Below, piece by piece: positions 18,580 to 31,221 of a stretch of 64,000 nucleotides of DNA. Source of the stretch: the human T2T-CHM13v2.0 reference genome, Homo sapiens. Both the position numbers and the translations under genes were made by a program. Below the pieces are notes generated by a model, which saw only the letters and a list, made by a program, of their open reading frames with translations, was not told where the DNA came from and did not search any database. The stretch lies in assembly GCF_009914755.1 (NCBI RefSeq), contig NC_060930.1, one strand, 5' to 3'. Every line of letters begins with the position of its first letter. Within the stretch, counting starts at the first letter, position 1.

Positions 18580-18940
18580 TTTATTGGTCTGTTCTTGCAT
18601 TGCTACAAAGAACTACCTAAGACCAGGTTAATTTATAAAGAAAATAAATTTAATTGACTCACCATTCCACAGGCTGTACAGGAAGCACACCTGGGGAGGC
18701 CTCAGGAAACTTACAATCATGGTGGAAGGTGAAGGGGAAGCAGGCATGCCTTACATGGCTGGAGAAGGAGGAAGAGAGAGAGAGAGGGCAGGTGCCACCC
18801 ACTTTTAAACAACCAGATCTTGTGAGAACTCACTCACTATCAAAAGAACAGCAAGGTGGATATCTGCCCCTATGATCTATCACCTCCTACCAGGCCCCTC
18901 CTCCAACACTGGGGATTATAATTCAACATGAAAGTTGGTG
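18580..18940 (-). mobile_element. MST (MaLR) LTR, one end missing
   Basis: gttcttgcattgctacaaagaactacc...cttacaatcatggtggaagg...aattcaacatga. Confidence 0.85.
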
Positions 18941-20352
18941 GGGCGGGAACCCCACTCTTCCAGGAACAGCTGCAGCTGCCCAGCTGTGGCTGTGAACCTG
19001 GGCATCCCTGTGCTCTTGCGGGCCCTGGAAGCCCTGTCCTCCACAGGCTCCAAAGTGCCTGCTCCCACTGCTTGGCATCTCCCTGGTCCTGGCATCCACT
19101 CTGATTTTACAGCAAAGTTGAGGCTGAGCCTGGGTGCAGTCACGACCTGACCAGGTGTGCTCAGGGCAGCGCTGACATGCCAGCCCCTGCCACCTTTCCC
19201 CCCTCCAGACTTTGGGCACTGAAGAGCATGGGAAGGAGGCTGGAGCCGGGTTGAGGGTGGCTCAGTGTGGGCCTTCAGGCCCAGCACAAACAGCCTGGGC
19301 ACCATGGAGGACATAATTGATGGTGACAGGAGGCATACAGGCTCCTGGGTGGAAAGGGGTGGGTCCCCTTTGAAGCCCCACCCTCCAGCCAGGGATGGCC
19401 TAACACATGGGGGCTGGGCTGTCAGTTCTGGCTGCAATCCACAGCCTGGCCTTAAGTGAGAACTTCTGGTGCTTCTTCCAGCCACCCGTGGCCACCGTGG
19501 ACCAATCAGCACGCACTTCCTCCCTTCTGAGCTCATAAAAACCTCAGACTCAGTCAGATTCAAACAGACATGGGGAGGACCTAACTGCGGAAACGAGCTA
19601 CCCACTGCAGGTCTCCTCTCTGCTGACAGCTGGACACTCATGGATACAACCTGTCTGTGGAAAGAAGCCACCCACTTTGGGTCTCCTGAGAGCTGTTCTG
19701 TCACTCAATGAAGCTCCTCTCCACCTTGCTCACCCTCCAGTTGTCCACATACCTCATTCTTCCTGGACATGGACCAAGCATGGGCCAAAAACTTGGGACC
19801 TGCCAAATGGAAGGACTGAAAAAGCTTTAACACAAACAGGGTTGAAACACGCCTCCCCATCTGCCACATTGCAGGCAATGAAAAGAAGAGCTGTAGCCCT
19901 TAAGTGAGCCTAGATCTAGAGACTCCCTGAGCCAGCACTATGACACCCTCTTTGGGGCTCTGTGGCTCCTGGCATCTCCAAGCTTCCAGAAGCCATTGCT
20001 TTCCCCTTGTCCAGACATGGGTGCCCACAGTGGAAGTACTTCCATTGCATGCGGTATATCTGTTCCAGCTGCAGCCTTGCGCAGAGCTGCTTGCACCACC
20101 ACAGCAGCCAGCATGCTTGGTTGTGCTCACTGGCCAGACCCCATGCTCACTTGCCCACACACCCCTTGCTGTGTGGCTCACCCTTGGCAGATGTGGGATC
20201 TGAGACAGTAGTGTGAGTTGAGCACAGCCTGCCAGGCTGAGTGGGTGGAACGAGCCCAGTGGTAAAACCAATACTCAATTACTCAGGCAGAAGGAGCTGC
20301 CGGCCATAGAGGCTTCTGGCTGGCGAAGCAATAACCCAAGGATCCTATGACA
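18941..20352 (+). mobile_element. MER52-family ERV1 LTR, 5'-truncated
   Basis: GC-rich body, ccaatcagc...cataaaa promoter block, ends ggatcctatgaca. Confidence 0.75.
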
Positions 20353-21281
20353 TTTTCAACTTGTCTTATTACCTTAACATAATCTATTTACAATGCTAAC
20401 TCACCCCAATTAGTATCCCACCTATGTCCCCTCCACAGCACACTGGTGTCTCTTCCAAAGCACCTTATTCCTCTTAGATATTCTAGGTTCTCTTAACTGG
20501 AGTTACTTTTAATTCCTTTCTCTTTCATCCCCTAAATCTAAACCAAACCATTACTGTTCCTTACCAAAACAAGCTGTGTCATGGCATTTTTTTTCCCAAA
20601 GTTTCTAATAATTCACAATCAGCTCTACAACAAAGTCAAACCCTTAGTCCTACTTAGCACAGCAAATTTCACCCTTAAAATTTTCAATATATGGCTACTA
20701 CCCATTGCCCATAGAAGACACGGTCTCTTCTACCTCTAAGTTTTGTCTTATATTTTCTTCCCTTAAAATCCCTCAGTTCTCCTTTGACAAAATTGCAACC
20801 ATATCTCAGTGCACACCAAAATTCCACCCCTTCATAAAATCCTCCAAATCACACTCTCCTTCTCTGAACTCCTATGGGATGTTTTCTCTTTACTACTTAA
20901 AATGGATGTGTGTGTTTCCTTGAATTCTTCCTTAACTCCTTGGTTAGACAAGGCTGCTGAAGAACTGAATACCACAGACAATGCCTAATTGAGAGCCTAC
21001 CTGCTATGCTAGTTATCAAATGCTAGTTACTAAATGCTATGCTAGTTACCAGAAACAAACAAACAAACAAACAACAAAAACAAAAACACTATGGGAAGGC
21101 AGGTGGCAATAGACAACCAATCTTATAAAATTCATGATCAAAGAGAATAGGCCTTGGTTCCTAGAAAATAAAATATCTGGAATTCAAGTGACTGAATTGA
21201 AGTTTTTTTGGGCCCCAAACCACCAGAATGAAAGTAGAAAATATAAGATATTTCAGGAAATGAAAAGAAAATCCAGCTCAC

Positions 21282-21370
21282 CCTGAATCCAGCCATAAAG
21301 GGCCTAGCAGTCATTCTCTCTTCTTCTGGGCTCTTCTCTTGAAGAAGGGCAGAGTCTTGAGACAGTGGCT
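21282..21370 (-). other. ZNF204P: ZNF204P ATG-containing (pre-KRAB) exon
   Basis: ccctcag|AGCC...CAGG|gtgag. Reads PLSQDSALLQEKSPEEER-MTARPFMAGFR, a typical KRAB-ZNF start exon. ATG at 21314, phase-0 donor. Confidence 0.85.
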
Positions 21371-21429
21371 CTGAGGGAAGAGAGAGGAGCTACGAAGAAG
21401 TCAGCTTGTGTCTATAGCAACCACTTGAT

Positions 21430-21628
21430 ATTCTAGAACTACACTCTCCAATATGGTAGCCATTCCCCACATGTAGCTATTTAAATTAAAATTAAATAAA
21501 AGACTTAATTCTTCAATTGCAATAGTCACATTTCAGTGCTCAATAGCTAATGTGGTTAGTGGCTACTGTACCGAGCAATGTATACATCAAAAATATCCAC
21601 AAAAGTTATATTGCATAGCACTGGTCTA
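21430..21628. mobile_element. MER3-like hAT relic
   Basis: tccaatatggtagcc...atgtggttagtggctactgta...cagcactggtctaga-like ends. Confidence 0.6.
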
Positions 21629-21751
21629 GAAATCCACATATGTGGTATGTTTTTGAAGTCATACCAACTGAATCTTCAGCTCCAGGAAGTAAAGGCAACC
21701 AAACATTCCTTGCCACCTCATGACCACAGAAACGCCACAGGCATTGCATTC

Positions 21752-22482
21752 TCAATAGTTTGAATGTTTGCCTTCCCAAACCTCTTGTTGAAATTCAATT
21801 CCCAATGTTGGAGGTGGGCCTAATGGGAAGCTTTGGATCACGGCGGTGAATCCCTCATGAATGGCTTGGTATTGTCCCCCATAGTAAGGTTCTCACTCTA
21901 TTAGTTCCTGCAAGAGCTGATTTATTCATTTATTTATTTACTTTGGTTGAGGTGGAGTCTCACTCTGTCGCCAGGTTGGAGTGCATTAGCACAATCTTGG
22001 CTCACTGCACCCTCCGCCTCCCGGGATAAAGCGATTCTCCTGCCTCAGCCTCCTGAGTAGCTGGGACTACAGGCACCCGCCACCACTCTCGGCTAATTTT
22101 TGTATTTTTAGTAGAGATGGGTTCCACCATGTTGGCCAGGATGGTCTCAATCTCTTGACCTCGTGATCCATCCGCCTCGGCCTCCCAAAGTGCTGGGATT
22201 ACAGGTGTGAGCTACCGCTCCAGGCTAAAGCCGGTTGTTAAAAAGAGCCTGGTCCCCCTCTCCATTCTCGCTTTCTTCTTCTCTTGCCATGTAATCTCTG
22301 CACGTGCCAGCTCTCTTTCACCTTCCACCATGAATGGAAGCAACTTGAAGCCGTCACCAGAAGTAGATGCTGGAGCCATTCTTTTTATATAATCTACAGA
22401 ACTATGAGCCAAATAAGCCTCTTTTCTTTTTAAATTAACCAGCTTAGGTATTCCTTTACAGCAATAGAAGCAGTCTAAGACA
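21752..22482 (+). mobile_element. MST (MaLR) solo LTR interrupted by an Alu
   Basis: atagtttgaatgtttg...ccaaataagcctc...ctaagaca. Confidence 0.85.
21925..22226 (-). mobile_element. AluS(c)
   Basis: Antisense dimer within the MST LTR. Confidence 0.92.
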
Positions 22483-23534
22483 CCATCCATGGTTTAAGTA
22501 GGTTCCAGATAACAAGAGCAGTTACCTAGACTCTATCATAGCATTTACTACCTGTTTTGAAATTATCTTTTGGAGTATCTTTTGCCATCCCCACCCCTAC
22601 ACACGAATCAAGATTTTCCCATCTTTATATTCCTAACAACAAAACTGTGCCTGGCATATATATGTAAGTCTTGATATGTTTGATGAAATGAATAGACGAG
22701 GCTAAAATTTGTGTCAAACTCATAATTTAGATTTTAACATATTGAATTCTCACATTCATTCAGCTCTGTGATAAGGACTTTTATAGGCACTGGGGATGCA
22801 ACAAGTACAAGACAGAATAAAGCCCCTATGAGAGGGCCAGCAAAAAAAAAAAAAAAAAGCAAAACTAAACCAAACCATACAAGCATATATAAACTCAAGT
22901 AGTTACAAACATATCCCCAAAAAAGTAGAATAAAAGGATAAACAAGACCTTTATTTTAGATGGCATGGCCAGGGAAAGCTTTTCTGAGAAGGAAACATTT
23001 TTATCGGATTTGTGTAAAAAGAGAGAGTAAGCCATAAAGATATCTCTGGGCAGACTGAGAAAACAGCAAGTGCAAAGTCTGCAAACAAAATCTTGAGGTT
23101 GGAATATCCTTGTCATGCTCTAAGAACAAGGAGGCCAACATAAGCTAATAGAGTGTAAAAATGAGGAATTTATCATTAAGTGCTATAAAATAATGCTGTC
23201 GCCCTTGGTTTTTTCGAGGATATAGGAGAAATTACTTGGCAAATCCTTTCAACATAGGGCATACTGCCCTTATTATCAGAGGCAGTGTTGGTTAATGGAA
23301 TAAACACTTCACTGGGATTGAAGAACCCTGAATTCTAATATCTGAGTTAGTAAAATGCTGTACAGCATTAAGCAAGTCACTAACTTCCTTGAATCTTTGT
23401 TTGTTCGGTAACAAAACAATAGGGATAAGAGTATCTGTTCCTTTTGTTTTACAGAACTTTGTAGGGAATAAGAAAGATGTAAGATTTTAAAAAGATCCTC
23501 TGAATTTAAACATTTGAAGGAAGAGGTTTAGGAC

Positions 23535-23716
23535 ACTGCTTCTCAAACTATGGTCCGTAGATCAGCAGCACCAGCATCACCCGGGAACTTGCCAGAAATG
23601 CAAATTGTTAGGCCCAACCCCAGACCTACTGAATCAAAAACTCTGGTGGTGAGTTTAGCAATGTGTTTAACAAATCCTCCAGGTGACTCTGATGCATACT
23701 CAAGTTTAAGAAGCAT
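23535..23716. mobile_element. MER5A
   Basis: ttctcaaact...cagcagcaccagcatcacc...gaaatgcaaatt...ccagacctactgaatca. Confidence 0.85.
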
Positions 23717-23795
23717 GAGTTTATAAGAAAATGAAATTGTTAAAGCCAGCTCCTGAAAGACCTAAGCAATGGAGGATGTCCTCTTGGAGGTTTAG

Positions 23796-24153
<358 letters not shown>

Positions 24154-24874
24154 ATGAGCTAGTTATTATATTGAATGTTTCACATAAACCAGAGGAACTC
24201 AGCAGACAGGACCTGGTCCTTGTATTGAGTGGAAGAAATAACTACTGGCATTTAATTTGTAGGAGTCAGGGATCCCAGATGTCCTTCAGCACAGGACAAT
24301 CCCAAACAATTTTTTAATGTTTTGCAGGACATTCAGATGGGTAAAAATTCTATTGATAATTATCAGAGACTAGAACCTAACTCTTTTTTTACACACAACC
24401 ACAGAGTCTTTTTCTTTTCTTTCTTTCTTTTTTTTTTTTCAGTGCTAATATATGATGATTTTCTATAAGGACAACTATGGTCTAAATCAAGGTACTTTGT
24501 TCTGAATTTTACTGAGATTCGATCATTTTATCAGCCTGAGTTGCAGTGTATTCTCTTTTATTTCTCCTTTATTGTAGAATTAGGGCATCATATGGCTTTA
24601 AAATAGGTAGGTTAAGCTTATTGCCAATTTAATGAATTTTATTTATGGATAGAAATGGGGGCATTACAAAATATTTGTTATACAAAGAGCCCGCTTGGTC
24701 TGAAAGAGTTGAAAACTATTGAGATATATTGGGTCGTTTAACCTCACAACAACCCACTATGAAAGTTAAATCCCCCAAAAAGGTTAAATAACTTGCCCAA
24801 GGTTACCACAGAGCCAATAAGTTTCAAAGCCAGGATTCCCAATTCAGACCTGTTTGGATTCAAAATCCTGGCTC

Positions 24875-25365
24875 AAGAAAAATGTATGTTCACACAAAAA
24901 CCTGTAGGTGAACATTTACAGCAGCATCATTCATAATTACTAAAATCTGGAAATGATACAAATGTCCTTCAAAAGGTGAGATTTTTTTTAAAACCTGATA
25001 CATCTATATACAATATTATTTAGCAATAACAATATTATTCAGCAAAAAAGAAGAAAGTGACACAATAATGTGGCCACCTTAAAGGCTTCATACTGAGGGA
25101 GAGCAGCCAGTGTGAAAATGTACATATTGTATTATTCCACTTATATGACACTCTGGAAAACACAAAACTATAGAGATGGAGAACAATCAGTGGCTGCCAG
25201 GGTTAAGGGTGGGAAAAGAGTGTAAATATAAAGGGGTAGCACAAGGAAGTTTTCTGGAGTGAATGAAACAGCTCTGCATCCTGTGGTAGTAGTTACCGGA
25301 ATCTAAACATGTTCTAGAACAGTATGCCCCACCATGCCAATTTTATGTATGATAATTTTAAAATT
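24875..25365 (+). mobile_element. L1M 3'-end fragment
   Basis: atgtatgttcacacaaaaacctgt...attccacttatatgacactctggaaaa...cagtggctgccagg. Confidence 0.7.
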
Positions 25366-25530
25366 AACTAAACCAGGCTGTTTCCATTGTACTATGATAG
25401 ATAAAAGGCTGGAGTGGAGAAAGGGGTACGTACATTTGAAGTGACCCAGAGAGGGGTTTTGGTCGTCTTCATACAGCCCCTACTACACAAGCGTGAAATT
25501 TCGCTTTCTTCCCACTTTCTCACACGAAAA

Positions 25531-25533
<3 letters not shown>

Positions 25534-25580
<47 letters not shown>
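25534..25580. repeat. (GT)n microsatellite, ~23 units
   Basis: Direct reading. Confidence 0.98.
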
Positions 25581-25585
<5 letters not shown>

Positions 25586-25689
25586 CTCAGCCTTCAGGTG
25601 AGGAAAGGGAAAGCTCTCCTTTCTCAAATCAGTTCCCAGAACACACTCGCTCTTGAGCTGGTCTATTTCTTATCTCTCTTCAGGCAAAG

Positions 25690-26520
25690 TCGTATCCTCC
25701 ACCTTACCTGCTCCAGCCGCTGTGACATCACGCAGGTTCCGTTCCCTGCACTACCGCTGGTTATGTTTCCTTAGTGACCCTAGGCCTCTTGCAGGAGAGT
25801 CCCTGGTCCCAGCCAGCGGGAGCGGCTTCTCCAGTTTGTGGCTCTCGGAGAGTTCGCCTCGTCCCTCCCTCTCAGATAACCACCTATTTCTGACCTCTGG
25901 AGGCCGGGCTGAGCCCGGAATTTTATGACCAGCGCCCGCTGGCCGTCGTCACCCTCTAATTTCTCGCAAAACTCCCGGGGACCCTTCTTAATGTCAGTAG
26001 CCACAGTCGCCGCCGCTCCTGCGCCTAGAAGCCTTCCACGACCCTCAACCCCACAGAGCCCCGAGCAGGCTCGGGTTCCCGCAGGATACACTGCCCGCCC
26101 AGTGGCCTGGAGGGCGCGTCCCGGGCTCCCCTACGCCTTTTGGAATCAGCGACAGACGCAGGTATAAAAGAGAGCCTCCACTCCCACCTCTCCAGGGCTC
26201 CCCACCCGCTCCTTCTGGCCGCTTTCTCCTGAAAGAGCAAGGCACCCCTAGAAGCTTCAGGCTCCTCCACAGGCGAGTGCCTACCCACCTATCAGGTAAG
26301 ACGTGCAACTGACACTCAGCGCGCGGAGGAGCCCGCTGAGAAAGGGTTTACCTGTCCGAAGAGAACTGCGCTTGCATGGCTCTGGCTGTGGGCCGGCTGG
26401 CTCTTGTCCGCAGACTACATTTCCCAGGGTTGTCTGCGGCTGGAGAGATTTAGGGTTTGGGGCGTGGCTAGCACAGGCCTGAGGTCCTAATTGGGAGGTG
26501 TAGGCATGGCGGCTGGAGAG
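25690..26520. promoter_or_regulatory. CpG island, probable bidirectional promoter (ZNF204P and an upstream + strand first exon)
   Basis: CpG-dense unique sequence. - strand donors CAG|GTAAG (exon end 25708) and CAG|GTAAA (exon end 26352). + strand donor CAG|GTAAG (exon end 26295). TATAAAAG at 26163-26170. Confidence 0.8.
26414..26427 (+). promoter_or_regulatory. ACTACA-TTTCCCAG motif (ZNF143/THAP11-type)
   Basis: Exact ACTACAnnTCCCAG, a motif common in bidirectional and ZNF-gene promoters. Confidence 0.8.
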
Positions 26521-26922
26521 TCTGATCTATGTGACACCTCCACTGTGACTAGGGTATAACGTGAATAATTTGTATGCAGTAAAGTTCCTCTGCATTACAT
26601 CATTGACAGATCTCTAGTAAGCAAAGGACAGAAACAGGTTCTTATTATCTCTTTTATAACACAAAAACATTAAACCACTAATTAAAAATCACAGGGTCCC
26701 AGAAAAATCAGACACCTTTATTCTACAATAAAAATAGCCAATTAAGCACACACTGTATGTCAGGCTCTCTTCTAAGTACTTTACATGTTTTATCGCATTT
26801 GAGAAGGCAAAAATCAGCCCTGCTATTAACCAGACTCAATGACACTGACAGGCTGCTGCAAAGTTAACATCAAGCAATATTTCTACCAAAATCATACTGT
26901 AGCAGCTATAAAGTGTCATAAT

Positions 26923-27274
26923 TGTTAAAGGTGGAGGGAGTCCAGGTTCTCGGCGTCTTGAACAAAGAATTGAACAAATCACACAAAGCAAGGAAGGGAC
27001 AAAGGGATTTATTGAAAGTGAAAGTACACTCCACAGTGTGGGAGGGGGCCGAGCATAGGAACTCAAAGACACCGTTACAGAATTTTTGGGAGTTTAAATA
27101 CCCCCTAGAGGATTCAATTGGTTACTTCGGGTTCGCCCTATGTAAATGGAGAGGATGAAGTAAAGTTACAAAGTCATTTATGGTGTAAGCCCTATGGAGA
27201 AGATATTTCCTGCTATACCTGAAGTGTGAAACAGTTGTATGTTTCCTGCCTCCAGGCCCTATTTTCCTGCCTCA
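26923..27274 (-). mobile_element. MER61-family solo LTR
   Basis: - strand starts tgaggcaggaaaataggg. TSD ATAAT at 26918-26922 and 27275-27279. Confidence 0.8.
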
Positions 27275-27810
27275 ATAATCACTCTCTTTAAATGTTTATT
27301 GTTTCCTTATCAATGACATGCCCACCTTTGTCTTGCTACTCTCACTAAAAAAAGATAATATTGTTTGCTGAAATCATAAGATTGTCAAGAATTTTGCTAT
27401 TTGAAATGAATGAATTATTAATGAATTATTATTAACACATTACAGATGAGTAAATAGTCACAGAGAGGTTAAGTAACTCACCCAAGGTCATTCACTTGAT
27501 TTGGCTACAGGAGCACATATTCTTAATTGCTGTAGAAACAGGCCCAAGATGTTATTAAAGTTTCACAAGTAGCAAATGGCAAAACTAGGATTAGAATCCC
27601 TTTCTATTCCCAGTTCAGTCTTTTTCCTTATACTACCTCACTGTGGTATTTTTTGGATTGGGACGTATGTGTGTATGTGCTCTCTAACTCCTCTGCCTGA
27701 TCTTGTATACATCTCTGTATTGCAAATGACAACATCTCTGGGATCCAGTCTCTTCATACTTAAAATAGAAACGAAATCAGTTTCCACCCATTGATAAGGT
27801 ATAACCTTAT

Positions 27811-28030
27811 CAAGACCAGCCTGGCCAACATGGTGAAACCCCATCTCTACTAAAAATACAAAAAAATTAGCTAGGTGTAATGGCGAGCCGCTTGAAGCTA
27901 CTCCGGCGGCTGAGGCAGGAGAATTGCTTGAACCCAGGAGGTAGAGGTTGCAGTGAGCCGAGATTGCGCCACTGCACTCCAGCCTGGGCGACAAAGCAAG
28001 ACTCCCTCTCAAAATAAATAAATAAATAAT
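27811..28030 (+). mobile_element. AluS, 5'-truncated
   Basis: Partial left arm, right arm, (TAAA)n tail. Confidence 0.9.
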
Positions 28031-28513
28031 AAAATACGTACACATTCTTGTGAAGTTTGTAAAACTAGGTATTTGGGTGCCTCCTGCCTTGAGATTATTC
28101 CTAAGTGGCTCCTTCCACCCATTGTTATGAATATTAAATGAGTTAATAATGTAATGGTTGTGAGAACACAACCTGGCAAGTGACACAAGGAGCATCTAAA
28201 GGGAATTGTGAACAACTGAGTCAGATGGAACTGAGAATTAAGTACCTAGAACCTCAGTGCTCCAAAACGAAAAATTGCCATGAGGATTCAAATAAAGCAG
28301 GATTGGAAAAATATAAACAATTCAATCTGGAAAATTAAAAATTAGAAAATCATTGTCAAATAAACTAGGCAAGATTAATGAAAGACTAGTAGAAAGCAGA
28401 AACCTCCTGTAGCTTCTCATTGGAAACAACAGAGGAGACAATTAACCAGAACTCCGACCACAAGGCCAATTTGATGCAACTTGGTGTTGTCAGTCTCATT
28501 AACCATTTAGTGC

Positions 28514-28972
28514 TGTGAAAGGAAAATATCTTGTGCCCCCAATATCACTAAGGAAAACTCAAGCTGGAAACTGCTTAGGGCAAACCTGCTTCCCATTCTA
28601 TTCAAAGTCACCCCTCTGCTCACTGAGATAGATGCATATCTAATTTGCCTCCTTTGGAAAGGCTAATCAGAAACTCAAAAAATGTAACTGTTTATGTAAC
28701 ACTTACCTGTAACCTGGAAGCTCCCTCCCAGCTTCATGTCTTCCTGACTTTGCTTCAAGTTTTCCTACCTTTCCAGACCGAACCAATGTACTTCTCAAAT
28801 ATATTCATTGATGTCTCATGTCTCCCTAAAATATATAAAACCTAGCTGTGCCCTGACCACCTTGGGTACATGTCATCAGGACTTCCTGAGACTGTGCCAC
28901 TGGCACATCCTCAACCTTGGAAAAAAATTTTCTAAATTAACTGAGACCTGTCTCAGATTTTCTGGGTTCGCA
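28514..28972 (+). mobile_element. MER4A-type solo LTR
   Basis: tgtgaaaggaaaatatcttg...tctcagattttctgggttcgca, flanks gtgc/gtgt. Confidence 0.8.
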
Positions 28973-29411
28973 GTGTTTAATAGCTATCTTAGTCCAAGAA
29001 GAAATTCAGTGGTTCCTGCTTTAAGTTCACAACCTTCAATGATGCAGCAAGAGATGGAAAAATATATATACACATATATGTGTGTGTAACGTGTATATGT
29101 ATATTTGTGTGTGTGTTTACATATATAGAGAAAAATAAATGCTACTGAATTTGGATCTGGATCCTATAGATTTACAAACTTCACAAGACTGTGTACATGT
29201 TTTAAAGAAAAATATTGCATAATCTGAAGAAGAAATAATATTGAATGGTCTATTTATATAACTTGTTTCCAAATATTTTAATTGATGTATAACTTTGAAG
29301 TATACAGGTGGGTTTTAACGAATATATGTTCCTGAGTAAAAACCACCCCCAGTCATCATATAGAACATTTGTTTCTTCCCATAAAGTTCCCTGGCACCCC
29401 TTTTTAGTCAA

Positions 29412-29870
29412 TTTCACTCACGTCAGTGTGAAGAGACCACTAAACAGGCTTTGTGTGAGCAATAAAGCTTTTTAAATCACCTGGGTGCAGGTGGGCTGAG
29501 TCCAAAAAGAGAGTCAGCGAAGGGAGATAGGGGTGGGGCCGTTTTATAAGATTTGGGTAGGTAAAGGAAAATTACAGTCAAAGGGGGATTGTTCTCTGGC
29601 GAGCAGGGGTGGGGGTCACAAGGTGCTCAGTGGGGGAGATTTTTGAGCCAGGATGAGCCAGGAGAAGGAATTTCACAAGGTAATGTCATCAGTTAAGGCA
29701 AGGACCGGCTATTTTCACTTCTTTTGTGGTGGAATGCCGTCAGTTAAGGCAGGAACAGGCCATTTAAATATCACTTCTTTTGTGATTCTTCAGTTACTTC
29801 AGGCCATCTGCATGTATACGTGCAGGTCACAGGGGATGCGATGGCTTAGCTTGGGCTCAGAGGCCTGACA
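29412..29870 (-). mobile_element. LTR7 (HERV-H) solo LTR
   Basis: - strand starts tgtcaggcctctgagcccaagctaagcc and ends gtggtctcttcacactgacgtgagtgaaa. TSD GTCAA. Confidence 0.92.
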
Positions 29871-29952
29871 GTCAATATTCCTGTATATAACATTTTAGTG
29901 ATTTCCTATTAAGTATATCAAATAAGAACATTTTTATTAAAAATGTATTTGA

Positions 29953-30100
29953 AGCTGTGCATGGTGGCATGTGCCTATGGTCCCAGCTATTTGGAAGGAT
30001 CTCTTTAGCCTATGGGTTTGAAGCTGCAGTGAGCTATAACTGTGCCACTGCACTCTAGCCTGGGTGACAAGAGCACAACTCTGTCTCTAAAAAAAAAAAA
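29953..30100 (+). mobile_element. Alu monomer (FRAM/AluJ fragment)
   Basis: Single arm with A tail. Confidence 0.8.
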
Positions 30101-31221
30101 GTGTATATTCCTCTCTCTATATTCATATGAATCATAGATTCTACAATGAAAATTTATGTTGTAGTTTATTTGAACCCTTGCTCTTGGTATTTGTAACAAC
30201 TGATTTTGCAAATGAAAACCAGCATTACTGACCTTTACATACTCAAACTGCTTCACATGCCAGTTGTTACAGCTGTGCTAAAGCTACAAGGTCATTAACC
30301 CAACAATAGATGAAATGAAATTTTATTTGTATTTTCCATTTATTGTCACTGTAAATTTTATTTGTATTTTCCATTTATTGTCACCTAAAGTAGAGAGAAA
30401 TAATTTCAGTATATTATTGCTATGTCTGTTTGGTGGTGTTACACTTGTTGCAGTGCCATATAATTTGGAGTATACTTTGTTAGACTTGAACTTACACTGA
30501 TTAACAGTCACCTAAAACTAAACAAAAATAAATATAAAGGGAAGAGCACAGTATTTTTTGTGATGGGAAAGCAGAATAAATCAAGTTTTCCAGTTCTACC
30601 ATATTTAGGTCATTTCTCTTCCTCCTATGTTGTAGGTATCTCAAGGAAACTGATTTATCCTTATCTTACCTTTTAATCTAAAGCCCAGTCAGTCTTTTAA
30701 AATGACATGATCTCACTTAATGTGAATAACTACGATTAAAAAACTCCAGGAGAACCCAGTCACCAGGGGACCCCCCCCATACTTTTGTGAGTTTTACCTC
30801 CAGGAATTCAGCAAAATGAGTATCAGAGAAAATTCCTCTCATGCTTCTAGCAGAGGGAATGAGAAAAGGAACCATTTTGAAATATGCCACAGCATTCTGT
30901 ACTTCTCAACAAGGTCAGCCCTCAAAAACAATCTATTTAACCAGAGCCTAACCTGCTGGGCTTTTATCAGGGCCTAACAGACCTTAGGAAATGGAAATAC
31001 CCAACTTCAGTCATCTCTAGCCTCCCACATGGAAGAAAGGAAATACCCAACTCTAACCCACTCTAGTCATCCTGTCCCACCAAAGGGGGTAGGGGAAACT
31101 GAGAAAGGTGTGAAGTTCCCAATCCAGAGATATAGTCTTGACCAAAAGACTGAGACCTACTCAGAGAACTATAGAATGCTTCCCTTTCCCCTATACCTTG
31201 ATACCACATTTCTAAAGGCAT

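Noticed and set aside
18916-19704. 262-aa ORF and neighbours
   Set aside because: Lie within GC-rich MER52 LTR sequence, with no recognisable domain.
27638-28195. 185-aa ORF and other [13 protein letters not shown]-type ORFs
   Set aside because: Antisense Alu translations.
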